Positions 1 to 7,339 of a DNA stretch of 11,942 bases are shown piece after piece. The position numbers and the translations under genes were made by a program. This stretch comes from a virus. Within the stretch, counting starts at the first letter, position 1, and every line of letters begins with the position of its first letter. The notes under the pieces were generated by a model that was given only the letters and a program-made list of their open reading frames with translations, made no database searches and was not told where the DNA came from. The stretch is taken from the UHGV virus genome UHGV-1569641; one strand, written 5' to 3'.

Positions 1-228
1 CCTGGTCTCTTCCCAGGCGTCAAACCGAATCGCCACGCTGGTTAGGCGTCTTATCAGCATCATCATTGACTTGCACATTCCGGCTACCTGGTTTGTTTGC
101 CCGAGCAAGGAGTGGATTGTCCCCTTTAACGTCCCCAGACCGCTAACGACGCATGTGCCATACGCCGTGTTACAACCAAATTTTGTTAGTACCTTGTTTG
201 TTTGTCTGGAAAGAAAGACAAAATGAAG

Positions 229-267
229 TTGCGCATTATGCAAGTGTTTTTGTTGCGAGATATGCAA
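229..267. promoter_or_regulatory. Putative left operator (OL-like): two 15-bp dyad sites TTGCGCATTATGCAA (229-243) and TTGCGAGATATGCAA (253-267)
   Basis: Seen directly: two TTGCG-N5-ATGCAA sites 24 bp centre-to-centre just beyond the 3' end of the repressor gene; a third similar site TTGCGCGTTAAGCAA lies at 1036-1050 between repressor and cro. The layout matches lambdoid OL/OR. Promoter hexamers not pinned down. Confidence 0.4.
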
Positions 268-284
268 TTTAAAGGGTAATGAAA

Positions 285-302
285 AGCCACCTTTGGGTGG
301 CT
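285..302 (-). terminator. Possible intrinsic terminator downstream of the repressor gene
   Basis: 7-bp stem AGCCACC / GGTGGCT with 4-nt loop; on the minus strand it is followed by UUUC AUUACCCUUU (interrupted T-tract), about 20 nt after the repressor stop codon. Confidence 0.3.
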
Positions 303-322
303 AATTGATGAGGAGGTAAGGG

Positions 323-1015
323 TTAATTGTGTCGCTTAAGGGTTTGTGACTGGCTGATTAAGACCTTTCCAAAGACCATAAACCGGTGTTCATTTTCGCT
401 GGTAATTCCCCATTCACGGTAAATCTGGTTATCAGAAATCACCAGTAGTTTGTCAGGTATCATTTGCAGTCGTTTGACATAAATTTTATCATCAAAACCA
501 AATACATAGATACCATCTCCATCAAACTGATTGATACTGACATCAACGAAGATGAGATCTCCTGGCTCAATGGTTGGACACATACTGTCCCCACGAACGT
601 TGATAACTTTAATGTGATTGGCTGGCCGTCCGCCAAACATCGATACAGCATTATCAGTTCTGTATTCAATGGCATGAATCACATCAATGACATCACCGCC
701 CTGGATAAGGCCATTTCCCGCACTGGCACTGACATCCAGCATTTCAATACGGAATACATCCTTCACCTGCGCAACATCCTCACTAATACTGTTTTTACAT
801 ACAGTATTACTTTTGACGTCTGAGGTAAAGAGATCAGCAATATCAACACCTAAGCTCCTGGCAATATTACTCAGGGCTTGTTCAGTGAATTGTTTCTGCT
901 TACCTGTTTCCAGGCGTGAGATATTCGCCGCATCCACTCCTATTGCTTCAGCGAGATCGGCGATTTTCATGTTCTTCGCCTGGCGAAGTTGTCTGACTCG
1001 GTTTCCTATGTTCAT
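323..1015 (-). CDS. cI: CI-type phage repressor (N-terminal XRE-family HTH, C-terminal S24 LexA-like autopeptidase domain)
   Basis: 230-aa ORF. N-terminus has an HTH (QAKNMKIADLAEAIGVDAANISRLETGK). C-terminus has a GDSMCPTIEPGDLIFVD Ser motif and a downstream YVKRL Lys, consistent with a Ser-Lys dyad, plus an Ala-Gly candidate cleavage site (SASAGNG). Divergent from cro. No Shine-Dalgarno upstream of the ATG. Confidence 0.9.
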   Translation of the reverse strand: MNIGNRVRQLRQAKNMKIADLAEAIGVDAANISRLETGKQKQFTEQALSNIARSLGVDIADLFTSDVKSNTVCKNSISEDVAQVKDVFRIEMLDVSASAGNGLIQGGDVIDVIHAIEYRTDNAVSMFGGRPANHIKVINVRGDSMCPTIEPGDLIFVDVSINQFDGDGIYVFGFDDKIYVKRLQMIPDKLLVISDNQIYREWGITSENEHRFMVFGKVLISQSQTLKRHN

Positions 1016-1112
1016 GCGTTTATTACATTTCTTTATTGCGCGTTAAGCAAATCAACTTGCGCAAAATATTTGCGTGAAATAATATGCTCATCACGCAATA
1101 TGTGGAGGTCAT
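1016..1112. promoter_or_regulatory. Right operator / divergent promoter region (OR, PR rightward, PRM leftward)
   Basis: Repeated TTGCGC / GCGCAA half-sites, including TTGCGCGTTAAGCAA at 1036-1050 and the palindrome CGCAAAATATTTGCG at 1060-1074. Candidate PR: -35 TTGCGC (1057-1062), 17-bp spacer, -10 TAATAT (1080-1085), then GGAGG (1104-1108) before the cro ATG. Candidate PRM on minus strand: -35 TTGCTT (complement of 1045-1050), 17-bp spacer, -10 TGTAAT (complement of 1022-1027), about 7 nt from the cI ATG. Confidence 0.55.
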
Positions 1113-1373
1113 ATGCAATCACCATTACGGAATGTGCGTAAGGCGCACGGATTTACTTTGCAGCATGTTGCTGCTGGCGTTCAGGTCAATCCAGCGACGC
1201 TGAGTCGTATTGAAAGACTGGAACAAATTCCATCTATCGATCTTGCAGAACGTCTGGCCAATTTTTTTAAGGGTGAAATCAGCGAAATGCAGATTCTTTA
1301 TCCGGCACGTTTTCAATCTAGCCAAAACCAGAATGGGTTTAAACCACAGGAACAGGAGGTAAGCCGTGGGTAA
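1113..1373 (+). CDS. cro: Cro-like HTH transcriptional regulator (Cro/CI-type, YdaS-like)
   Basis: 86-aa ORF, first rightward gene, divergent from the repressor. HTH motif TLQHVAAGVQVNPATLSRIERLE. GGAGG RBS upstream. Overlaps the next gene by 8 nt. Confidence 0.8.
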   Translation: MQSPLRNVRKAHGFTLQHVAAGVQVNPATLSRIERLEQIPSIDLAERLANFFKGEISEMQILYPARFQSSQNQNGFKPQEQEVSRG

Positions 1374-1923
1374 TCATCACTGGAAAGTGGAAAAACAGCC
1401 TGAGTGGTACGTGAAAGCTGTCAGAAAAACTATCGCGGCGTTGCCGGGGGGTTACGCTGAAGCTGCTGAGTGGCTGGATGTAACAGAGAACGCATTATTT
1501 AACCGCCTTCGTGCCGATGGCGATCAGATTTTCCCGCTGGGATGGGCAATGATTTTACAACGTGCTGGTGGCACTCACTTCATTGCCGACGCTGTGGCGC
1601 AGTCTGCAAATGGCGTCTTTGTGTCTCTTCCTGACGTCGAGGATGTGGACAATGCCGATATTAACCAGCGTTTACTGGAAGTCATTGAACAGATCGGCAG
1701 TTATTCAAAACAGATTCGTTCGGCAATCGAAGACGGTGTAGTGGAACCGCATGAGAAGACAGCAATTAACGACGAGCTGTACCTCTCAATTTCGAAGCTG
1801 CAGGAGCATGCAGCACTTGTCTACAAAATTTTTTGCGTTTCAGAAAGTAATGACGCCCGCGAGTGTGCAGCTCCGGGCGTCGTGGCGTCGATTGCTTCTG
1901 GTTGTGGAGAAACTAACGCATGA
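1366..1923 (+). CDS. CII-like phage regulatory protein (Phage_CP76 / YdaT-like family), GTG start
   Basis: 185-aa ORF in the cII position immediately after cro. AGGAGG RBS precedes the GTG at 1366. N-terminal region resembles CII/CP76-type regulators as recalled, not searched. Confidence 0.65.
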   Translation: MGNHHWKVEKQPEWYVKAVRKTIAALPGGYAEAAEWLDVTENALFNRLRADGDQIFPLGWAMILQRAGGTHFIADAVAQSANGVFVSLPDVEDVDNADINQRLLEVIEQIGSYSKQIRSAIEDGVVEPHEKTAINDELYLSISKLQEHAALVYKIFCVSESNDARECAAPGVVASIASGCGETNA

Positions 1924-2258
1924 ACAGTTTAACAACACACTACCGTCGCTCGCAACTGATTGCGCTTCCTGTACCGGGTGGAAAAGCGAAGGTGGAGTAT
2001 TGCTATGCAGTAAATGTACCAGGTGACAGGGAAATTGTAACCCACAGCTTTGCTGAGTGGGCTGTGGGAGATTTCAACCGGCAGAAGGAGACAGTCCTTT
2101 GCGACAAGTTAACCGCTGGTTCAAAGATCACTACGGAGTGCCCGTCAGAGTCATTCGTTGGGAGCCGGAAACACAACGGGTTATCTACCTCCGTGAAGGC
2201 TATGAGCATGAGTGCTTCAGCCCGCTCGAACAGTTTCGTCGTAAATTCAGGGAAATAG
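1920..2258 (+). CDS. Hypothetical protein (uncertain; overlaps the next ORF in another frame)
   Basis: 112-aa ORF starting in an ATGA overlap with the upstream stop codon (translational-coupling geometry). The C-terminal half is Ser-rich and low-complexity and overlaps 2057-2258 of the DUF4222-like ORF in a different frame, so at most one is real over that stretch. Confidence 0.25.
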   Translation: MNSLTTHYRRSQLIALPVPGGKAKVEYCYAVNVPGDREIVTHSFAEWAVGDFNRQKETVLCDKLTAGSKITTECPSESFVGSRKHNGLSTSVKAMSMSASARSNSFVVNSGK

Positions 2259-2278
2259 AGGTCGGTCATGAGCACTAA
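2057..2278 (+). CDS. Small DUF4222-like phage protein (true start probably TTG at 2099)
   Basis: Protein-like sequence [52 protein letters not shown] resembles small lambdoid DUF4222-type proteins (recollection). AAGGAG at 2085-2090 precedes the in-frame TTG at 2099. The GTG at 2057 is the track start. Confidence 0.5.
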   Translation: MGCGRFQPAEGDSPLRQVNRWFKDHYGVPVRVIRWEPETQRVIYLREGYEHECFSPLEQFRRKFREIEVGHEH

Positions 2279-3209
2279 ATTAACCGGCTATGTATGGGAT
2301 GGTTGCGCTGCGTCAGGCATGAAATTATCCAGCGTGGCAATTATGGCCCGCCTGGCTGATTTCAGTAATGACGAAGGTGTGTGCTGGCCATCAATTGAAA
2401 CTATTGCCCGTCAGATTGGCGCGGGGATGAGTACCGTCAGAACGGCTATCGCACGGCTGGAAGCAGAAGGCTGGTTAACGCGTAAGGCGCGTCGCCAGGG
2501 TAACCGCAATGCGTCGAATGTTTATCAGCTTAACGTTGCGAAGCTTCAGGCAGCGGCATTTTCTCAACTGTCAGATTCTGACCCGTCAAAATCTGACGCA
2601 TCAAAATCTGACACGTCAAAATTTGATGCGTCGAAATCTGGCAAAAAAGCGGGTTTTCACCCGTCAGAATCTGGCGGGGATCCGTCAGTAAAATCAAAAC
2701 ATGATCCGTCAGATAAAAAACCTTCTCGTCCGGACGCTTCGCAACCGGACACGCAGACGGCTGAACAGGATTTTTTAACTCGCCATCCTGATGCGGTTGT
2801 ATTCAGCCCTAAAAAGCGCCAGTGGGGAACGCAGGATGATTTGACCTGCGCACAGTGGCTCTGGAAAAAAATCATTGCCCTGTACGAGCAGGCCGCCGAA
2901 TGTGACGGCGAGGTGGTTCGTCCCAAAGAACCGAACTGGACAGCATGGGCAAACGAAATTCGCCTGATGTGTGTGCAGGATGGTCGTACTCACAAACAAA
3001 TCTGCGAGATGTACAGCCGCGTCAGCCGCGATCCGTTCTGGTGCCGTAACGTGCTCAGCCCGTCGAAGTTGCGGGAAAAATGGGATGAGCTTTCCCTGCG
3101 CTTATCGCCGTCCGTCAGCACGCACACAGAAAAACGTGAAGACCCGTACTTCAAAGCCAGTTACGACAACGTGGACTACAGCCAGATCCCGGCAGGATTC
3201 AGGGGGTGA
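2268..3209 (+). CDS. Replication initiation protein, lambda O-like (N-terminal wHTH, iteron-encoded linker, C-terminal domain of unclear family)
   Basis: 313-aa ORF. N-terminal HTH-like DNA-binding region (SIETIARQIGAGMSTVRTAIARLEAEGWL). The middle of the gene holds tandem iterons encoding a low-complexity SKSD-rich linker, the same architecture as lambda O and ori. Confidence 0.75.
   Translation: MSTKLTGYVWDGCAASGMKLSSVAIMARLADFSNDEGVCWPSIETIARQIGAGMSTVRTAIARLEAEGWLTRKARRQGNRNASNVYQLNVAKLQAAAFSQLSDSDPSKSDASKSDTSKFDASKSGKKAGFHPSESGGDPSVKSKHDPSDKKPSRPDASQPDTQTAEQDFLTRHPDAVVFSPKKRQWGTQDDLTCAQWLWKKIIALYEQAAECDGEVVRPKEPNWTAWANEIRLMCVQDGRTHKQICEMYSRVSRDPFWCRNVLSPSKLREKWDELSLRLSPSVSTHTEKREDPYFKASYDNVDYSQIPAGFRG
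2568..2720. repeat. Iteron array (putative phage origin of replication) inside the O-like gene
   Basis: Seen directly: 15-bp tandem units CCGTCAAAATCTGAC (2583-2597), GCATCAAAATCTGAC (2598-2612), ACGTCAAAATTTGAT (2613-2627), GCGTCGAAATCTGGC (2628-2642), preceded by TCAGATTCTGAC (2571-2582). Further CCGTCAGA-type copies at 2661-2675, 2682-2695 and around 2705-2720. Units contain an internal dyad (TCAGA-N-TCTGA); an A-rich stretch follows. Confidence 0.7.
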
Positions 3210-3211
3210 TC

Positions 3212-3700
3212 ATGAGTCTTTTGAATGACGTTCAGAAATTCATTGAAGCCCATCCGGGCTGTACTTCCGGAGACATTGCGGATGCTTTTGCAGGTTACTC
3301 ACGGCAGCGCGTTCTGCAGTCAGCAAGCAAGTTACGTCAGAGTGGGCGTGTGGCTCACCGTTGTGAAGGAGATACACGCAGACATTTCCCGCGCCTGACT
3401 GAGAGAGCGCAGGAGCCGGAACCACAATCTGTTCGTGAAACCAGACCTGTGCGCAATTTCTATGTCGGCACTAACGACCCCCGGGTGATTTTGTGCCTGA
3501 CCCGCCAGGCGGAAGAACTGGAGTCCAGGGGCTTATACCGTCGTGCTGCAACGGTGTGGATGGCGGCATTCCGTGAAAGCCACTCCCAGCCAGAACGAAA
3601 CAATTTTCTGGCGCGTCGTGAACGGTGTTTACGGAAAAGCAGTAAGCGGGCTGCATCAGGTGAAGAGTGGTACCTCTCAGGGAATTACGTGGGGGCTTAA
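3212..3700 (+). CDS. PerC-family-like transcriptional regulator (N-terminal HTH-like region plus C-terminal PerC-like motif)
   Basis: ATG at 3212 preceded by a G-rich RBS; the track start at 3206 is an upstream GTG. C-terminal ELESRGLYRRAATVWMAAF...RRERCLRK resembles the PerC/Pch motif as recalled, not searched. Confidence 0.5.
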   Translation: MSLLNDVQKFIEAHPGCTSGDIADAFAGYSRQRVLQSASKLRQSGRVAHRCEGDTRRHFPRLTERAQEPEPQSVRETRPVRNFYVGTNDPRVILCLTRQAEELESRGLYRRAATVWMAAFRESHSQPERNNFLARRERCLRKSSKRAASGEEWYLSGNYVGA

Positions 3701-4352
3701 TGAGTAATAAATATTGCCAGGCGCTGGTGGAGCTGCGGAACAAACCAGCCCATGAACTGAAGGCAGTGGGCGATCAGTGGCGCACGCCGGACAACATTTT
3801 CTGGGGAATTAACACCCTGTTTGGCCCGTTTGTTCTGGATCTGTTCACTGACGGTGATAACGCCAAATGTGCTGCGTATTACACGGCGGAAGACAACGCG
3901 CTGGCGCATGACTGGTCAGAACGCCTTGCGGAGCTTAAAGGTGCTGCCTTTGGTAATCCCCCATACAGCCGCGCCAGTCAGCATTAGGGGCAATACATCA
4001 CCGGCATGCGTTACATCATGAAGCATGCCAGTGCCATGCGTGATAAAGGCGGGCGCTATGTTTTCCTGATCAAAGCTGCCACCAGCAAGTGTGGTGGCCG
4101 GAAGATGCAGATCATATTGCTTTTATTCGCGGGCGTATTGGTTTTGAACTGCCTGCCTGGTTTATCCCGAAGGATGAGAAGCAGGTGCCGACAGGCGCTT
4201 TCTTCGCTGGTGCTATTGCTGTTTTCGACAAGACCTGGAAGGGACCGGCAATCAGCTACATCGGGCGCGATGAACTTGAGGCATGTGGTGAGGCCTTTCT
4301 GGCGCAGGTTCGCCAGCAGGCAGAAAAACTGGTCAGGGAGATGGCGGCATGA
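3700..4352 (+). pseudogene. Phage Dam-type N6-adenine DNA methyltransferase, disrupted by an in-frame amber codon and a 1-nt frameshift
   Basis: N-terminal part (from ATG 3700) carries the catalytic NPPY motif (FGNPPYS) and ends at TAG 3985-3987. The same frame resumes with MTase-like sequence (KGGRYVFLIKAATSK), then the homologous sequence continues in the -1 frame from about 4089 (WWPEDADHIAFIRGRIGF...) to the stop at 4352, which overlaps the next gene start in ATGA. Confidence 0.6.
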
Positions 4353-4675
4353 CGACGTTAACTCAATGCCAGCAGCAGGTGCTGGATATGCTGATTTCTT
4401 ATCAGAAAGAACGTGGCTTCCCGCCAACCAATCAGGAGGTGGCAACCATGCTGGGATACCGTTCAGTGAATGCAGCGGTGGAGCATCTTCGCGCACTGGA
4501 GAAAAAAGGCGTCATCACGATAAAGCGTGGCGTGGCCCGGGGCATCACGCTTCATACCGCGGTGAAGGACGACGACAGCGAGGCGGTCGGGATTATCCGC
4601 TCACTGCTTGCCGGTGAGGAAAACGCAAGGCTGCGTGCAGCCCACTGGTTACATGAGAGGGGCCTGAAAGTATGA
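4349..4675 (+). CDS. LexA N-terminal DNA-binding-domain-like protein (winged helix; no peptidase domain)
   Basis: 108-aa ORF. LTQCQQQVLDMLISYQKERGFPPTNQEVATMLGYRSVNAAVEHLRALEKKGVI resembles the LexA N-terminal DNA-binding domain (recollection). ATGA-coupled to both neighbouring genes. Confidence 0.6.
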   Translation: MTTLTQCQQQVLDMLISYQKERGFPPTNQEVATMLGYRSVNAAVEHLRALEKKGVITIKRGVARGITLHTAVKDDDSEAVGIIRSLLAGEENARLRAAHWLHERGLKV

Positions 4676-5061
4676 AGCTGATCCTGCCTTTTCCGCCCAG
4701 CGTGAACACGTACTGGCGACACCCCAACAAAGGGGCGTTTGCTGGTAAGAGCCTGATAAGCGCGGCGGGGCGAAAATTCCAGAGCGCGGCGTGCGCAGCA
4801 ATAGTTGAGCAGTTACGTCGTCTGCCGAAACCAACGTCGGCACCTGCTTCAGTGGAGATCGTGTTGTTTCCTCCGGATAACAGGATCCGCGATCTGGACA
4901 ACTATAACAAGGCGCTGTTTGACGCCCTGACCCACGCGGGGGTGTGGGAAGACGACAGTCAGGTGAAAAGAATGCTGGTGGAGTGGGGACCGGTTATCCC
5001 GGAAGGGAAGGTCGAGATCACTATCAGTAAGTACGAGAAAACGGCGGGTGCAGCTGCCTGA
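4672..5061 (+). CDS. rusA: RusA-family Holliday junction resolvase
   Basis: 129-aa ORF with RusA-like features (PPSVNTYWRH near the N-terminus, DLDNYNKALFDALT acidic motif). Typical position in the lambdoid nin region. Confidence 0.8.
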   Translation: MKLILPFPPSVNTYWRHPNKGAFAGKSLISAAGRKFQSAACAAIVEQLRRLPKPTSAPASVEIVLFPPDNRIRDLDNYNKALFDALTHAGVWEDDSQVKRMLVEWGPVIPEGKVEITISKYEKTAGAAA

Positions 5062-5080
5062 TTAAGAGGAGAAACGAAGT

Positions 5081-5890
5081 ATGAATAATCTGATGGTCAT
5101 TGATGGTATTGAAGTTCGTCGTGATGCTTATGGGCGTTACAGCCTGAACGATCTGCATCGCGCAGCAGTAGCATCTGGTGCAAATGCCAGAACCAAGGAG
5201 CCAGGAAAGTTTCTTTCCAGCCAACAAACTGTTGAGCTTGTTCATGAATTAACCAACACCCAGAATTTGGGTGTTGACCCGGTGAGCGTGATTCATGGGG
5301 GAAATGAACGGGGAACGTATGTCTGTAAGGAACTGGTGTATGCCTATGCAATGTGGATCAGCCCGTCATTCCATCTGAAGGTGATCCGTACTTTCGATAT
5401 GGTAACCAGCGCGCCGGAAAAGTTATCCGGACAGGCTGCTGACAAGATGCAGGCTGGCGTGATTCTGCTGGACTTTATGCGCCGGGAGTTAAATCTGTCT
5501 AACTCATCTGTGCTTGGGGCCTGTCAGAAACTCCAGGAGGCTGTTGGCTTACCGAATCTGGCACCGCGCTATGCCATTGATGCACCTGCTGACGCGCCTG
5601 ATGGCTCAAGCCGCCCCACGCTGTCGCTGAGTGCACTGCTGAAGCAGTATGGTATCCGCCTGACGGCTAATCAGGCATATCACCAGATGGCGAAGCTGGG
5701 GATCGTTGAACAACGCGAACGATACAGCCGTACCGCGATTAACAACATCAAAAAATTCTGGTCGCTGACAGCGAAAGGCTGCATGTTCGGCAAGAACATC
5801 ACCAGTCCCGCAAATCCGCGCGAGACGCAGCCGCATTTCTTCGAATCCCGATTCCCTGAGCTGTTAAAGCTGCTCGATACCGTTCATTGA
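5081..5890 (+). CDS. KilA-N domain protein (Roi / antirepressor-like)
   Basis: 269-aa ORF. The N-terminus (VIDGIEVRRDAYGRYSLNDLHRAA...QQTVELVHEL) matches the KilA-N pattern. Strong RBS AAGAGGAGA upstream. Confidence 0.7.
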   Translation: MNNLMVIDGIEVRRDAYGRYSLNDLHRAAVASGANARTKEPGKFLSSQQTVELVHELTNTQNLGVDPVSVIHGGNERGTYVCKELVYAYAMWISPSFHLKVIRTFDMVTSAPEKLSGQAADKMQAGVILLDFMRRELNLSNSSVLGACQKLQEAVGLPNLAPRYAIDAPADAPDGSSRPTLSLSALLKQYGIRLTANQAYHQMAKLGIVEQRERYSRTAINNIKKFWSLTAKGCMFGKNITSPANPRETQPHFFESRFPELLKLLDTVH

Positions 5891-5891
5891 G

Positions 5892-6887
5892 GTGACCGTG
5901 AGAGCACTACTGACCCCTGAAATTGCCCCGCGTATGGGGATCGTATTGTTCAGGCCAGGTTCAGAGCTGATGCCCCTGTTTATGCAGGGGCGTGTCCTGC
6001 TGGAGCCTGAGCCGGAACGTTATTCATCTTTTGCCAGTGGTGCCGTTCCGGCTGCATCACAACCGCTGGCGGATGATCCTGCCGTTCGGGCCGTGTTCCG
6101 CAATGAGGCAGTGATCCGTCGTGCTGGTGGCGTGGAATGTCTTGAAAGCTGGTTACTTCGTGAAAAAGGCTGCCAGTGGCCTCATTCCGGATGGCACAGC
6201 GAGAACATGACCACAATGCGACACGCTCCGGGTGCAATCCGTCTGTGCTGGCACTGCGATAACCAGTTGCGCGATCAGTTCACGGAACGGCTGGAATCAA
6301 TGGCAACGGATAACTGTGCCCGCTGGGTGTTGTCTGTTGTGCGTCGGGATCTCGGTTTTGATGACAGTCACGTTGTGACAATGCCGGAACTGTGCTGGTG
6401 GCTGATTCGTAATGATCTGGCGGATGCCTTACCGGAAAGTGCAGCCCGTAAGGCACTGAGATTACCGAAGCCTGTTGTGCCGTCTGTCACCCGGGAAAGT
6501 GACCTGGTGCCTTCGGTTCCTGCCACCAGCATCATCCAGGATAAAGCGAAAAAGGTGCTGGCGCTGAAAGTGGATCCGGAGTCGCCGGACTCTTTTATGT
6601 TACGCCCAAAACGTCGCCGCTGGGTTAATGAAAAGTACACGCGATGGGTTAAGACGCAGCCGTGCGCATGTTGTGGAAAACCTGCTGATGATCCCCACCA
6701 CCTGATAGGCCACGGTCAGGGTGGAATGGGGACAAAAGCGCATGACCTCTTTGTGTTGCCTTTGTGCAGAAAGCATCACGACGAGCTGCATGCGGATAAT
6801 GTGGCATTCGAAGAGAAGTATGGCTCCCAGCTGGAGCTGATATTTCGTTTTATCGATCGTGCGCTGACGATTGGTGTGCTGGCCTGA
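5892..6887 (+). CDS. DUF968-like (YdfU-like) phage protein with C-terminal Cys/His-rich putative metal-binding motif
   Basis: 331-aa ORF; start uncertain (GTG 5892 or GTG 5898 after GAGG). C-terminal [22 protein letters not shown]...[10 protein letters not shown]. Sits immediately upstream of Q, as ydfU does relative to quuQ in the Qin prophage (recollection). Confidence 0.55.
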   Translation: MTVRALLTPEIAPRMGIVLFRPGSELMPLFMQGRVLLEPEPERYSSFASGAVPAASQPLADDPAVRAVFRNEAVIRRAGGVECLESWLLREKGCQWPHSGWHSENMTTMRHAPGAIRLCWHCDNQLRDQFTERLESMATDNCARWVLSVVRRDLGFDDSHVVTMPELCWWLIRNDLADALPESAARKALRLPKPVVPSVTRESDLVPSVPATSIIQDKAKKVLALKVDPESPDSFMLRPKRRRWVNEKYTRWVKTQPCACCGKPADDPHHLIGHGQGGMGTKAHDLFVLPLCRKHHDELHADNVAFEEKYGSQLELIFRFIDRALTIGVLA

Positions 6888-6904
6888 TTTTGTGGAGAAA
6901 GTTG

Positions 6905-7288
6905 ATGCGTGATATTCAGATGGTTCTTGAGCGTTGGGGAGCGTGGGCGGCTAATAATCATGAAGATGTGACCTGGTCGTCCATTGCCGCCGGTTTTAAG
7001 GGATTAATTCCTTCAAAAGTAAAATCTCGCCCGCAATGTTGTGACGATGACGCGATGATCATTTGCGGGTGCATGGCCCGTCTGAAAAAGAACAACAGCG
7101 ATTTGCACGATTTATTAGTAGATTATTATGTAGTCGGTATGACATTCATGTCACTGGCAGGTAAGCATTGCTGCTCTGATGGTTATATCGGGAAAAGGTT
7201 ACAAAAAGCTGAGGGCATAATTGAAGGGATGTTAATGGCATTAGATATCCGGTTAGAGATGGATATCGTTGTTAATAACTCTAATTAA
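6905..7288 (+). CDS. Late-gene antitermination protein Q (Q21/Q82-type)
   Basis: 127 aa from the ATG at 6905 (GGAGAAAG RBS); the track start at 6890 is an upstream TTG. Cys-rich zinc-binding-like motifs ([20 protein letters not shown]). Located just upstream of the late region. Confidence 0.8.
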   Translation: MRDIQMVLERWGAWAANNHEDVTWSSIAAGFKGLIPSKVKSRPQCCDDDAMIICGCMARLKKNNSDLHDLLVDYYVVGMTFMSLAGKHCCSDGYIGKRLQKAEGIIEGMLMALDIRLEMDIVVNNSN

Positions 7289-7309
7289 TATGCCAATTGT
7301 TTACTAAAA

Positions 7310-7339
7310 ATTATTAAAAATGGGGCGTTGAGACGCCCC
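7310..7339 (-). terminator. Rho-independent terminator for the porin transcript (minus strand)
   Basis: Stem GGGGCG / CGCCCC (7322-7327 / 7334-7339) with loop TTGAGA; on the minus strand it is followed by A-UUUUU-AAUAAUUUUU. Confidence 0.55.

Noticed and set aside
460-1046. ORFs 460-675 (-), 464-823 (+) and 687-1046 (+) overlapping the repressor gene
   Set aside because: Entirely contained in, or antisense to, the well-supported repressor CDS. No RBS and no protein-like features.
1113-1923. Calling the Cro-like / CII-like pair a toxin-antitoxin system
   Set aside because: Gene order, position between the repressor and the replication gene, and HTH content fit a Cro/CII regulatory pair; nothing in the sequence indicates a toxin fold.
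1125-2275. ORFs 1125-1325 (-), 1751-2026 (+) and 2003-2275 (-) overlapping cro, the CII-like gene and the DUF4222-like gene
   Set aside because: Antisense or alternate-frame reads within better-supported genes.
2509-2691. 60-aa ORF with repeated LTRQNL peptide units, and the idea that the tandem repeats could be a CRISPR array
   Set aside because: The repeats are 15-bp contiguous iterons with no spacers, lying inside the replication initiator gene. The ORF is an alternate-frame reading of the iteron array.
2657-4021. ORFs 2657-2926 (-), 2775-2999 (-), 2971-3228 (+), 3240-3425 (-), 3471-3743 (-), 3697-3909 (-) and 3821-4021 (+)
   Set aside because: All lie within or antisense to the O-like, PerC-like or methyltransferase reading frames and have Cys/Arg/Ser-rich compositions typical of wrong-frame translation of GC-rich coding DNA.
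4006-4617. 203-aa ORF
   Set aside because: Its first ~27 codons are genuine methyltransferase sequence, but after the frameshift near 4089 it is an out-of-frame read-through overlapping the methyltransferase C-terminus and the LexA-like gene; the product is low-complexity and Arg/Leu-rich.
4056-6961. Minus-strand ORFs 4056-4496, 4593-4901, 4649-4843, 5024-5245, 5097-5351, 5606-5836, 5980-6237, 6368-6640, 6600-6791 and 6776-6961
   Set aside because: Antisense to a continuous, translationally coupled plus-strand operon. No independent start signals.
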